Shown: in pieces, positions 24,360-36,480 of the stretch
Layout of the letters: each line of letters begins with the position of its first letter
How positions within the stretch are numbered: position 1 is the stretch's first letter
Source of the DNA: Octopus bimaculoides
Lineage: Eukaryota
Assembly: GCF_001194135.2 (NCBI RefSeq)
Contig: NC_068985.1
Coordinates: forward strand, 72,455,781-72,519,780
Direction of reading: 5' to 3'
Length of the DNA stretch: 64,000 nucleotides
The notes under the pieces: generated by a model
Seen by the model: only the letters and a program-made list of their open reading frames with translations
Database searches by the model: none
Told to the model about the DNA's origin: nothing
Made by a program: the position numbers and the translations under genes

Positions 24360-25445
24360 AGGCAGTGAGTTGGTAGAATTGTTTGCACAGTGGACAAAAT
24401 ACTGCTAAGCATTTTGTCTTTACATTCTCAGTTCAAATTCTGTTGAGGTCAAATTTGCCTTTCATCCTTTCAAGGCTGATAAAATTTAGTACTAGTGAAG
24501 CACTGGGATCAATGTAATCGACTGGAATGGCTGGCCGTCTGCCAAAATTTGAAGCCAATATTCTTTCTAATTTTGGCACAAGACCAGCAATTTTGAGGGG
24601 AAGAGGAAGCTGATTACATTAAACATAGCATGGAACTTATTTTATCGACCCCGAAAGGAGGAAAGGTAAAAATCGACCTTGGTGGAACTTGAACTCAGAA
24701 TGTAAAAAGCCAGAAGAAATGCTATTAAGCAGGCTGGGGTAACAATTCTGCCAGCTTGTCACTTTGATATCGGTCTCATTTTGGGAGGTGAGGTAAGTCA
24801 ATTAAATCGACCTTCAGTGGCCAACTGGTACTTATTTCACTGACCCCCTGGAAGGAAAGGTAATCTCAACATTGGTGGAATTTGAACTGAGAGTGTAAGG
24901 AGCCAGAAAAAAAATGCTCCTAGGCATTTAACTTCATAAGATAACAATCTTGCCAGCTTGGTTGCCTTAATTTCTCTTAATATTGGTTGCAAACTTTGGT
25001 ACAAGGTTATCAAGTTCGGTGTGGGTGTGGTGAGGTTAAAGTCTATTACATCGGCCCCACTGCTCAAATGGTATTTATTTAACGACCCTGAAAGGATGAA
25101 AGGCCAAGTTGACCTCAGCGGAATCTGAACTTGGAACGGAAAGACGAACAAAATGCCACTAAAAATTTTGTCCAGTGTGCTAATGGTTCTGCGAGTTTGC
25201 TGTCTTAATCTCTCTTAATATTAAAAGTAATACAAAGGCAGTGAGTTAGGAGAATCGTTAGTATGCCCAGCGAAATGCTTATTGGTATTTTATCTGTCCT
25301 TAACGTTCTGAGTTCAAATTCCACCAAAGTCAGCTTTACCTTTTGGAGTTGATACCAATAACTACCAGTTGAGCACTAGGGTCAGTGTCATCAACCTAAC
25401 TCCACCCCTGAAATTGCTGGCCTTTTATCAAAGTTTGTACAAAAA
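24360..25445. mobile_element. Cluster of about five SINE family B copies, orientations + - - - +
   Basis: Core ttcaaattc..cctttcatccttt..aagtaccag seen repeatedly on both strands. Confidence 0.8.
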
Positions 25446-25459
25446 CGTGTGTGTACATA

Positions 25460-25614
25460 TTTTTTTCCTCTTTTATTTGTTTCAGTCATTTGACTGCGGC
25501 CATGCTAGAGCATCACCTTTAGTCGAACAAATCGACCCCAGGACTCATTCTTTGTAAGCCAAGTACTTATTCTATCGGTTCTTTTGTCGAACTGCTAAGT
25601 GACGGGGACGTACA

Positions 25615-25647
<33 letters not shown>

Positions 25648-25790
25648 CGAGGGGCTTCTTTCAGTTTTCGTCTACCAAATCCACTCAAGACTTTGGTGGG
25701 CCCGAGGCTATAGTAGAAAACACTTGCCCAAGGTGCCACGCAGTGGGACTGAACTCGGAACCATGTGGTTGGTAAGTAGCTACTTCTGCT
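25460..25790 (-). mobile_element. SINE family A
   Basis: Full core with (CA)(TA) run. Confidence 0.85.
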
Positions 25791-25816
25791 CCTATATGTA
25801 TTTACATGAAGTAAAA

Positions 25817-26402
25817 TGTATGTTCGGCCATTAGGTGACCAATGGTTTCGTATCCATAAACCGCTTAGCTTCGTAGACGACTTATCAGTCTCCAATGGCT
25901 GCGAGTATATAGTCTCTTCAAACTGGAGGTAGAAAACCGTTATGGTCAGTTAATTTGTAAACAAAAGAATATTCTATACTGTTTGAGCCTTAGACGGGAC
26001 GGGTTATCGCCCTTAGATCGGTCTGGTCATCAAAATCTTATAGTCCTAATCGACGCACGAGGAATCTCCGCCTTTAGGTTGGTTCCGTTCCGCCAATATT
26101 TTTTACCACCCTAATCGACGAACAGGAAATCCTACAGCAGGTAGCGACTAAAATGTAGTCAGGGGCTATAGATCTCGTTTCTAGGGTTTAAGAGCGTCTC
26201 CCGATCAAGCTAATCTTTCAGGATTCTTGCCTGTTTTATTATGCAAAGATTGTATCCTCCGCTTCCGTTTATATAGAACCCCGGATGCTCTGCTGCTTAA
26301 AGTGTTGCTGCCGCCTCCTCTGCTGTTGCCAATGTGCTTCGGCTATTACTCTAGTTGTTAGGGCTGGATACCACCACACCCTCACATTACCCCCCCCCCC
26401 CC
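25817..26402 (-). mobile_element. Probable 3' LTR with upstream polypurine tract
   Basis: Minus strand: G12-13 tract, TAA, then TGTGAGG start (26386); TATATAAA near 26270; AATAAA near 26237; left boundary uncertain. Confidence 0.5.
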
Positions 26403-26754
26403 AACGGGAAGTCATTGTATTCCCAGCATGAGCAAACCTGCCTCTGCTTGCGTTTCATGGATGTTCACCAATATTCTTTTCCTGTTGGGCGTGCGTGCAA
26501 CTAAAGAGCCTAGGTTGCACCTATTGAACAAACGCCCGTACCAGTGTGTCTGCATGAATGGACAAGCACTTCACGCATTTGATAAGTGTTTCTAATAAAG
26601 GGAAAAACCAGGAAGTTAAGGGGAAAGCAACAATAGATTAAATCAGCCACCAGTACTTGACTGGTGCTTTATTTTATTAACCTCAAAAAGACGAAGTTGA
26701 CTTAGATGGAATTTGAACTCAGAATATAAAGGGTACTGTATACGACTGCCCTAA

Positions 26755-26940
26755 TATTGGTTTCAAATTTTGGCAGAAGGAAGATAAGTTGATTACATCG
26801 ATCCCAGTGTTCAACTGATACTCATTTTATCGACTTCAAAAGAATGAAAGGCAAAGTCGACTTCAGCGGAATTTGAACTCGGAACGTAAAGACCGACACA
26901 TTTTGTCCGGCGTGCTAACGATTCCGCCAGCTCACCGCCT
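26755..26940 (-). mobile_element. SINE family B
   Basis: CpG-intact copy with head ggcggtgagctggcggaatcg. Confidence 0.85.
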
Positions 26941-28189
26941 TATCTGACTGAACGTAATATTAATTATGTAGAATTTGACACTAAATAACATAGATAATAC
27001 AAAACATTAAAATATATTAACATACCTCTGTATCGAATCAATTAACATCATAAATCAAAGAAATGTGATTGAGGTGCATTACCAAAGCTATTGTTATTTG
27101 GTTAGAGATTAGTGAATTTTATTTGTTAATCACCACACCCTTCTAGGTTCAGTCTGTTTCTCTGTTTTATTAGTCTCTGTTTACATAGCTCAAGCCAACT
27201 CTGATTATATTCAAACTAGAATATTTAAGGAAAACGGTCCAACCTCTGCAATCAACTTGAGTAATTTGATAGCATTAACTACGTCGTACCAACTGCCACT
27301 TTTGGAAATTGATTAAACCTCAAAATCCATATACATATTAATAAGTATCTTGTAAGTTGATATTCAATATCTGCATTCTTTATTTTCTAATCAGATGTTT
27401 TAAACACTTTAAAATCTTTCTTCAATTTTTTAAAAACGTTTTATGTATATAGCCCAGGACGTGAAATATTTTCTACTTCCAGTTACACTAAATTTCAAAA
27501 ATACTTTAAATCTGTAGGAGCCAATGTGGATTTAAATAAATCTATTTTGACTTGGGAAGCTTATTAAACTTGTTCGAACATGAATAGTAGTGACATCTTT
27601 TTTTTTCTAACAAACGTTTTCGCACTTCATCATAACTCGAGTCTAGGTCTGACGAACGCTTTTCATGCTTTTCAATTCGGCCTGTAGTAATATTTCGGCA
27701 TCAGCATGATACGTCACAGCTGAGTCGAGCAAGTCAAGTCTTTGTAATGTATTACCTCTTCAGAACTAATTTACCTCAACAACAAGAGATTAAAAGGTTC
27801 ATCAACATTTTAAACAGTCGTGGATTGCGAGGATGTGCTTTAATTTTATTGAATTAGCTAATGCGCACTTCTAACGCACAGTTTACCGTTTAGTTTCTCG
27901 GATATCAGCTGGTGTATGTATAATATACAACAAACGATACATAAATATATCAGGGGCCTTTACCTTGAGTATGATAGCAAATTCTTTAAAACGATAGCAA
28001 CTATTGTATTATTCCAGGAGGAACATTGTTTCTTCAAATATTCAAACATCGACAAATTGTCTCACATTTTACTCCGCCTTTAAGGAGTTTGGCAAATGAA
28101 AAATCTGATTTTATATTGCCTACAAGGGGCCAACAAAGAGGGGGACAGCACAATCTGATTTTGGGTCAGATGAACGAATGAATTTTAAC

Positions 28190-29520
28190 ATACATATGAA
28201 TTTCAAAATTTATGAAGATATAATGAAATCAAATGAGAGGACAGACCTGAAGACATTACAGATGGGGTGGGGGGCGGGTTTAATTCGGACCCCACGAGCC
28301 CCATCCTACCACTAATGCCTGGGACTCGTCCTGTGTCACAATCATGTGGTTACATTCATGCTCAGCATTCGTGCAACATTCTTCCATCGATTTTCGAACA
28401 TTCTCATTGACAGATATCTTCTCTCTAGCCCTATTTTCATTTTAAGGTGGAAGCTGAAGTAATTCACCAATGCAGGGCCAGAGATGAAGATGCCTGACTT
28501 TAAACCTTTCAATCTCGTCTTCCAAATCAGCTCTCTCGCAATTGCCACATCAACGAGAAAATTAATCATACCTTCTTTTTGATAGGAAATCCGGTGGGTC
28601 GATTTTTACTGTAGACTCAGTCGATAGCCGTACTCTTCCTGTACTTGACAACAGTTGTTCTACACAAACCCACACGTCTGACACCTCCGAACACTGAACA
28701 ATAGCATACAGGACGGTTTCCCTATCCTGCCCACATCATGCCTTGTGAGCTTGTCCCGAACAGGTAAGGCTCCTCAATAACATTGCCATGCCAACGACTT
28801 CTGAAAGTTATCCAGGGTCTTTGGCCCGAATGTACATTGGAACAAACTGGCCAGCTGATTATCGTCGAGACCTTGGGTCTCCCCTAAGGTATCCTCACAT
28901 TCCACCTCTGCCAACCCTCTATAAAAAAATGCAGTTGAACCATTACCACAGGCATTGCCCGAACGGCGGAATAGCAGGAGAGCCTTACGACACTCTGTGA
29001 ACCATGTACCTAACTTCGATCTACGATAGAATCAGGTTTCCCATCCACCGAAACTAGTGAACTTGGGAAACATCTGCTTCGCATGCAAAGATCACACCCG
29101 TTCACCATCCAGGTGGAGCCACAGATGCCTCAACCTCAGCGCATGTCTGCGCATCAACAACCAAGGCATCCCTAGTCCACCCTTTAACGGTTGTTGGTAG
29201 CAAACAGAGCGTTTCACAAGCGGAAGAGTTGTCTTTCCGGCTTGATTAATCACAAATCAGGGCCAGGGACGACGGTTAGGCGGTAGGTGATGACCGATGC
29301 GATGAACACATTGGCCACCTCCGCCTTCCATTTCAGGAACAGCCACTGCCAAGTCCAGGTCTTGACTGTGTGGGTTACCCTGCTCAATACCTCAGCCCAA
29401 TTCTTCTCTATTTGGAGGTCCAGACCAAACCAAACCCCTAGCAACTTAATCGGACCCTCTGTCCAACGTCCCACGACCGAGCTGCAAGCCGACTGACTTT
29501 TCCTGATTAATCTTTGCTCC
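28190..29520 (-). mobile_element. L1/Tx1-clade LINE ORF2 3' remnant
   Basis: GPIKLLGVWFG..EKNWAEVLSRV..LKWKAEVANVFIASVITYRLTVVP, plus C-terminal FHLKMKIGLERRYLS..FENRW; frameshifts and stops. Confidence 0.75.
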
Positions 29521-30572
29521 TGGCAAATAAAAAATCGATAGTAATGCACTTTAAGTTTGGATTATGACACCTCATACAAGTAACAAAAATATTGAAATGT
29601 TGATAGTAGATTCATCGTGTTGCACGGAAAACAGGAAATGCTGAAGATAAAAAATCAAGACTTTTTCCATATCGTCGACGACATTGCATTGTATTCGCAT
29701 TCAGCGGCATGCATTTTAGAAGAGGTAGGGAGTCTTCCTTCATTATAATTTTAATCACACCTGCAATTACTGGAGTTATGATCTTTTCACCAACAGTATC
29801 CGATTTTATTTCTCCGCTATATTGAGAGGGATGCTGTATGATGTGTTCAATCCCCTTTCATTATCGACACTGGCAGATGCATTAAATGAAATAATGTCAT
29901 GAAAATATAGAAACAACGAGAGACGCGAAATAAATTGCTTTTAACAGAAGAAGCTATAAATAACAGTGTGTAAATAGTACATCAAAAACCCTTGGATGAA
30001 AAAAAAATCGAAGGCTACTAGTGGAACTGGGACCTACATATTATGTAAACACGAAATATATGTGTTCGAGTTCCTTTGGCAGCTTTCAACTTTGCCCATC
30101 AAAAAGATTTTTAACCCAATGTTTACACTCTTGTGAATATTATCCGCATTTCATTTTAGTATTTGTTATCTGACAAGCCCATGATAGCTCTGGGTGTAAT
30201 TTATTCACTGGCCGATGATAGAACAATCACAGAAAATAATGCAGCCAGATCACTCAATCTATCCTTACCACAAGCCATATTTGAAAGTAAAGCTAAGACC
30301 ATGAAAAAAAAAAAAAAAGAATGAATGAAAAAGAATTCTAGAATGCTTCAAAAGGTACAGCGTTAAAGAGAAATAATATGGCTATTTTGTTTAGCGAGTA
30401 TTAGTGGTGGTGATGATGTTTATATTGAAATGTCAGAGAGTAGAAATGCAAAGAGAGGGAGAGAGAGAGAGAGAGAAAATTCTAACTAGTGAGAGGCTGG
30501 GTAAGAATGGGAATTAAATAAAACGTTTAAAGTATTTTTGAAGCGTATCATAGGATATAAACTAAAATTGCT

Positions 30573-30617
<45 letters not shown>

Positions 30618-30619
30618 TC

Positions 30620-30975
30620 GTGGCACTCCGTCGGTTACGACGACGAGGGTTCTAGCTGATTCGATCAACGGAACAGCCTGCTCATGAAATTAACGTGCAA
30701 GTGGCTGAGCACTCCACGGACATAGTTTTCGGGGGAGATTCAGCGTGACACAGAGTGTAACAAGGCTGGCCCTTTAAAATACAGGTACAACAGAAACAAG
30801 AAGAAAGAGTGAGAAAAAGTTGTGGTGAAAGAGTATAGCAGGGTTCGACCCCCGCCAGAGCCTTGTGGAGCTTTAGGTGTTTTCGCTCAATGAACACTCA
30901 CAACGCCCGGTCAGGGAATCGAAACCGCGATCCCACAACCGCGAGTTCGCTGCCCTAACCACTGGGCCATTCTGC
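30620..30975 (-). mobile_element. SINE family C (tRNA head ..cccagtggttagggcagcg..cggtttcgattcc on minus strand)
   Basis: Same family at 35473-35812, 51003-51325(+) and 55610-55870. Confidence 0.85.
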
Positions 30976-31089
30976 CAACACACACATACACATAAAGATA
31001 GAAAAAGAGAAAATTATATATGTATCACGATTCTCTATAAATCTCCAACCAACTTAGTTTTCGAAAGAACTGTGGTATTTCCATGTGTC

Positions 31090-31540
31090 TTGCTATTATT
31101 CTTCTACTTGTTTCAGTCATTTAACTGCGGCCATGCTGGAGCACCGCCTTTAGTCGAACAAATCGACCCCAGGACTTATTCTTTGTAAGCCTAGTACTTA
31201 TTCCATCGGTTTCTTTTGTCGAACCGCTAAGTTACAGGGACGTAAACATACCAGCATCGGTTGTCAAGCGATGGTGGGAGAACAAACACAGACACCAGAG
31301 TAAGCACATAAATGCGAAAGAAGGTGGAAGAAATAGTACTCGGATACTGGAGGTAGGGTAATATGCTTTTTAAATAAAGTATATATACATCTATACCACA
31401 GGCTTCTTTCAGTTTCCGTCTACCAAATCCACTCACGAGGCTTTGGTCGGCCCGAAGTTAAAGTAGAAGACACTTGCCCAAGGACTGAACCTGGAACCAT
31501 GTGGTCGGTAAGCAAGCTTCTTATCACACAGCCACGCCAC
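31090..31540 (-). mobile_element. SINE family A
   Basis: Core motifs with a different internal filler. Confidence 0.8.
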
Positions 31541-33474
31541 TTTCTTTTTGTAAATTTTACAATGTTGTTTTCTTTCAATCCCAAATTACTTTCTGTGTAT
31601 TTAACATCTAATAAAGTTGTATTCATTATATTGAATTTCTACTTCTTATTCGCCGTAACCTCTTTATTTATGTAAAGAAGCTTATTAAAGAAAAGCCTCC
31701 CAAAGCAATAGAAAATTTACGATAATGGTACGAGAAACTGGGATGTTTACTGCAAAAATGCATTGAACAAGATAGATGACCAGATGCAAACCAATGATTC
31801 TTCAGCTAATTGGTTCTGTGATAATCTACTCTATTCACTCTATTGGATATTTGTAACTCGGGATTGATATCGAATGAACAGAGGAGAATATTACGAACTA
31901 GAGTGAAAGTTTAAAAGATTAAGGCAAAGGAATATCAAGGTCAATGTAATGGACTTCCGATCTGTGCCAACAACCAATGGACTATCATGTAATAGTGATC
32001 CTAGAAATTTTAATTAAAATTTTACTCATAATGAGGATGAAAAGAGTGATTAACGATTCGAGTCAATAAAAAAACAAGGGAGATAATCCCTAAAATCTAT
32101 TAAAACAATTAAAACGTTTCGGTATTATCAGATCTTATCAGCGGAGCTTAGCCCAACCGTTACTACTAGATCATTCATTAGGTGGGGGATAGAATAAAAA
32201 TTAATTTCTGTTCATGGCGGAGATATTTGATTCGGGAAAATTAAGCTTTCAGCTCAGCTCTGACTGAACATAACTATGATCAAAAACGCTCCATCCATGA
32301 TCATCCAATCCTTTTCTCGAGCTTTGCCTAACTAACCAATAAGGTGTTTAAGTGTAACTTGGAGGATATTTGGTTGTCATTTCTACAAGACGAGCGACCA
32401 TTTAGACACTTCCCATGGCTTATCCTATCATTACCGCGACTTGTTTCGAAAATAAATATATTTAACATCGATTAAGGACCGAGCCAGCCTTGAGGGTGGC
32501 CCAATGGAAGAGTCGTTAATGTAGTCTTTGCTTTGACACTTAAAATGCTGGGTTTAAATCCTCTTGAGATCAGCTTTTCTCTTCATCCTTCATGAGTCGA
32601 TAAAATAGAGTATCATTCAAGTCCCGAAGTCGAAATTATCGATTGACGATCTATGCCATCATGCAATGGGCTGCTTGAATCCTTGCCCAACCGTGGAGAT
32701 TCGGCGAACAAGGGAAGTAAACACAATAGTTGGAGTACACTGCCATCGCTGCCATTTCATGAATTCAGCTTTCTGTAACATCCTATATTACTGCGAACAC
32801 ACGCACACATATAAATCCTATCAATCACACATGCATCCATACACACACACACATATATATATACACAAGATCTATAAGAGTGGTTGTTCAGCCGGTACAT
32901 TGGACTAGGGCTCGGAGAGCTGAGGGCGAGTCCGTGAATGTGTGTAGGGTTCTTAAAAAGAAAAGACCCTTTCTCCAAGAAAAAAACTTCACAGCCCTCT
33001 TGAATTGTGAAGGGACTAGCGATACCCGAAAGTAGACCCTGCAGATATATCTGGTGCTGGTGTAGTATGTGATATACATACATGTTTCTGGTATAGCTTG
33101 TGATCTACATCAGTTCAAATGGTATAGTTTGTGATCTTCACAGACTTTCAGTCTCATTTAGATTTCATTTGTTGGAATATTTTAAGATCAAATGAGCAAA
33201 ATCTCTTTATTGCATTTTTAAATGACATCCGTGCCGAATACAAATAGTCACAGTATTCACGTTTCTAGTATGAAATAATAATCAATAAAAATTTTTCTTT
33301 TTCTTTTATTTTTTAAATGTTTAACTCACGCCTCTAATCATAATTGCAAATTTATAACAAAATTTTGACTGTAGATCACAAGCTAGTGTAGATTTAAGCC
33401 GCTGTAGATCACAATGGCATGTAGATAACATTCTAAACCGGTACCGAATTTTCTTTATATAGAACAGTTAAATT

Positions 33475-34262
33475 AAGGTGGCGAGCTGGCAGAATAGTTA
33501 GCGCACCGGAAAAGATATGCTAAGTGGTATTTCTACTGACTTCATGTTCGAGTTCAACCGCCGCCGGAGTCGACTTTTCCTTTCATCCTTTCGGGGTTGA
33601 TAAAATAAGTACCAGTTGAACATTGGGATCTTTTTTAAAACGAGGGCCACATTTTTCATTAACGAAACACTTTGAAACTTGGAACACTGGTAGAATGTGT
33701 CATATAAAACATCTTTTTCTCTTAGTCTTCTTAAAAAAAAAAGAAATCCATAAGTTATTCCATGTTAAAGTTGTCGTATTTCTGTAATTTCAACCAATCA
33801 CTGACGTCCATTCAGCCGATATACATTAAGTGCCGACTACATAAACAAACGATTCTGAAACAATTAACCCTAACCCTAACGCTAGGGTTAGGGTTAAAGC
33901 AAATTTAAAATGAAAAAAGCAAATAAAACGAAGGTATGGAGATTAAATACGCTTTACATCGCTTAATCAGCCAAAGGAGTAAATGTAAACAACTGAATAC
34001 TTGTCAGTGATTGGTTGAAATTATCGAAATAAGACAATTTTTTACATGAAATAAATTCGAATACAAAAATATTTTTCTGTTCTATAACACAAAATAGATA
34101 AGTATACGAAGTTTGAAAGTCTTTCCGTACCAAAAACACTACATAAAACATTAATGAAAAATGTGGCCCCCGTTTTAAAATAGATCAGAACATTGGCATC
34201 GATGTAACCTACTTACTCCTCCCTCGAAATTGCTGGCCTTGTACCGAAATTTGAAACCCATT
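33475..34262 (+). mobile_element. SINE family B split by a MITE
   Basis: Head at 33475-33626; tail at 34188-34262. Confidence 0.85.
33627..34186. mobile_element. 560-bp Mutator-like MITE with internal (TAACCC)/(GGGTTA) hairpin
   Basis: 36-bp TIRs (2 mismatches); GAACATTGG duplicated on both flanks (one extra base on the right). Confidence 0.8.
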
Positions 34263-35472
34263 TAGGATGGTTAAGCTATTTAGGTCTGTTGTAGAAATAA
34301 ACACATGCAAAACGCTTTTATAAGTCGTAGTTCCTTGCTCTGTGTCAAATGTTCATGGTTGTGGCCGTTCTCCTTTGAATTTATGTTTAAGTGTGTTGGT
34401 TTATTAATCATTTCTTGCAATTATGTAGTGGTAAGATCAGAAAGACTGCAATCAACTGCCGTACAGATAGGTATGGCACATGAGATTATACGTCATTCGT
34501 ATTTCTCAAAGGAATTAACAATATAGGCTAAATAAACTACTTCAGTTGAGAATCTCAACCAGATTGGAGTCGTCTGTCGGAAAGTTTGATTGAATAAGAG
34601 GTGTATACTGAATTGTGGTCGATGGAGTTGAGTTGTGTCAACAATGGTGAAGAATGTACCAATTACGGTTATACTAGTACAAACAGATGTTATAGAAACA
34701 AAAGCGATAAAACAAACACAGATTACAGTCTGAAGAGGAAAGAGCGAGTACAATTAACATGCATTAGTTAAACATATATCTTTAACTGGTCATCGACGTG
34801 TGTTAACGTATGTGACCTAGACAAACAGAATCAGTTGGATAAAGCATAACAGGAATAAGAACACTTGGATTTTGAAGTTTCATAATGATACACGATTAAA
34901 TTATACGAAATGACAATATTCATCGTAATGGTTTTCATTTCTTTAAAAAAATTAAAAACCAGTAACGTACTAGATTTTCTTGCAGCACTTGAAAGACCTC
35001 AAAGACCATGGGTAGACGATCTAGTTAAACAAATTCGAACCTAAATTGGAGAGAAAGGTACAATCAAAGGAAAAGGAAGCATATTGTGTCCATCAATGTA
35101 TATTGAGACATAGTTTAATTGACTGCGATAAAGAGATTTAGTTTTATCCTTTTATGTTCTAAGTTCTAATCATGCAGAAGTTGAACTGAGTTTTCTTCTG
35201 ATTGACAAAATAAATATTAGTTACATACGGTCCGATTTCATCAACATCTCTTCCCTGTAAAGTTGTTGCTTTGCGGTTTGGTTAAATATTGGTACTTGCT
35301 TCTTTAATTTGCAATGTCTTCATAAAACTTAGACTTTAGGATAAATGAATTTTTGTATCAGGAGTAAATATTAAATCAATTGTAAATTAAATTATATCAG
35401 TTTAAATGTGTAAATTTAAATCGACGAAAACAAAACACAATCCATCCTCCAATATACAAAGTTGTATGTTGT

Positions 35473-35812
35473 TGGCACTCGGTCGCTTACGATGTCGAGG
35501 GTTCCAGTTGATCTGATCAACGGAACAGCTTGCTCGTAAAATTAACGTGCAAGTGACTGAGCACTCCACAGACACGTGCACCCTTAACGTAGTTCTCGGG
35601 GATATTCAGCGTGACCCCCCGAATTATAGGCACAACAGAAACAGGAAGTAAGAGTGAGAGAAAGTTGTGGTGAAAGAGTACAGTAGGGTTCGCCACCATC
35701 CCCTGCCGGAACCTCGTTGAGCTTTAGGTGTTTTCGCTCAATAAACACTCACAACGCCCGGTCTGGGAATCGAAACCGCGATCCTATGACCGCTGGGCCA
35801 TTGCGCCTCCAC
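35473..35812 (-). mobile_element. SINE family C
   Basis: Near-complete copy. Confidence 0.85.
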
Positions 35813-36480
35813 TACAAAGTTGTATAAGAAATGCAATAAACACGTCCAAATATTTTCCCACTTTTCCCATTATATGATGTGTTTTCCTATTTACGAATTT
35901 TATATTTGACTTCTGTATTTTCAAGTGTAGCAAGTACTGGCTGTTGTAACGTTGTTTCAATCCCCGGTGGAAGCTACTTCACCTCACATTAAAGTATATA
36001 CACGGAAGGAGTAGGACTAAACATATTTCCTCTTTCTTCTCACATAAGACAATGTTGGTGGGTTTCTCATCAAAAGAAATGCATTCCTAGCGAGTTTTTA
36101 ACACTTTTTAAAACAAGGTTAAACAAATGCTTAGTTTTGTAAAGTTTCATTCATAAATAATCATTTTGTCAGTCGTCATCATCTGTTAAATGTTATTATT
36201 TGAACTTAAAATAAATATGGAGTCAAGATTCGAAATTGCTACTGGGCAATTTAAAAAAAAAGGTTAGAAAATAAAAAAAATGTCTCAGTGTCACCACTTG
36301 CGCAATAGTACACTTACTGCAAGAGTTGTCTCATTATTATAGAAATGATTTTAATTTACAAACATTAGTCTCTGTTGGGTGCGAAAAAAATAAATACCTG
36401 CTCAAAGAAAAGAAAAGAATTGATGAGACAATCGTTGGCGAGAGAGGTATCCAATCTGTAAAGTAGGAAGGTTAAATGAC

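Noticed and set aside
33864-33897. TTAGGG repeats as a telomere or chromosome-fusion scar
   Set aside because: Short and embedded in a TIR/TSD-bounded MITE that recurs at 47.4 kb
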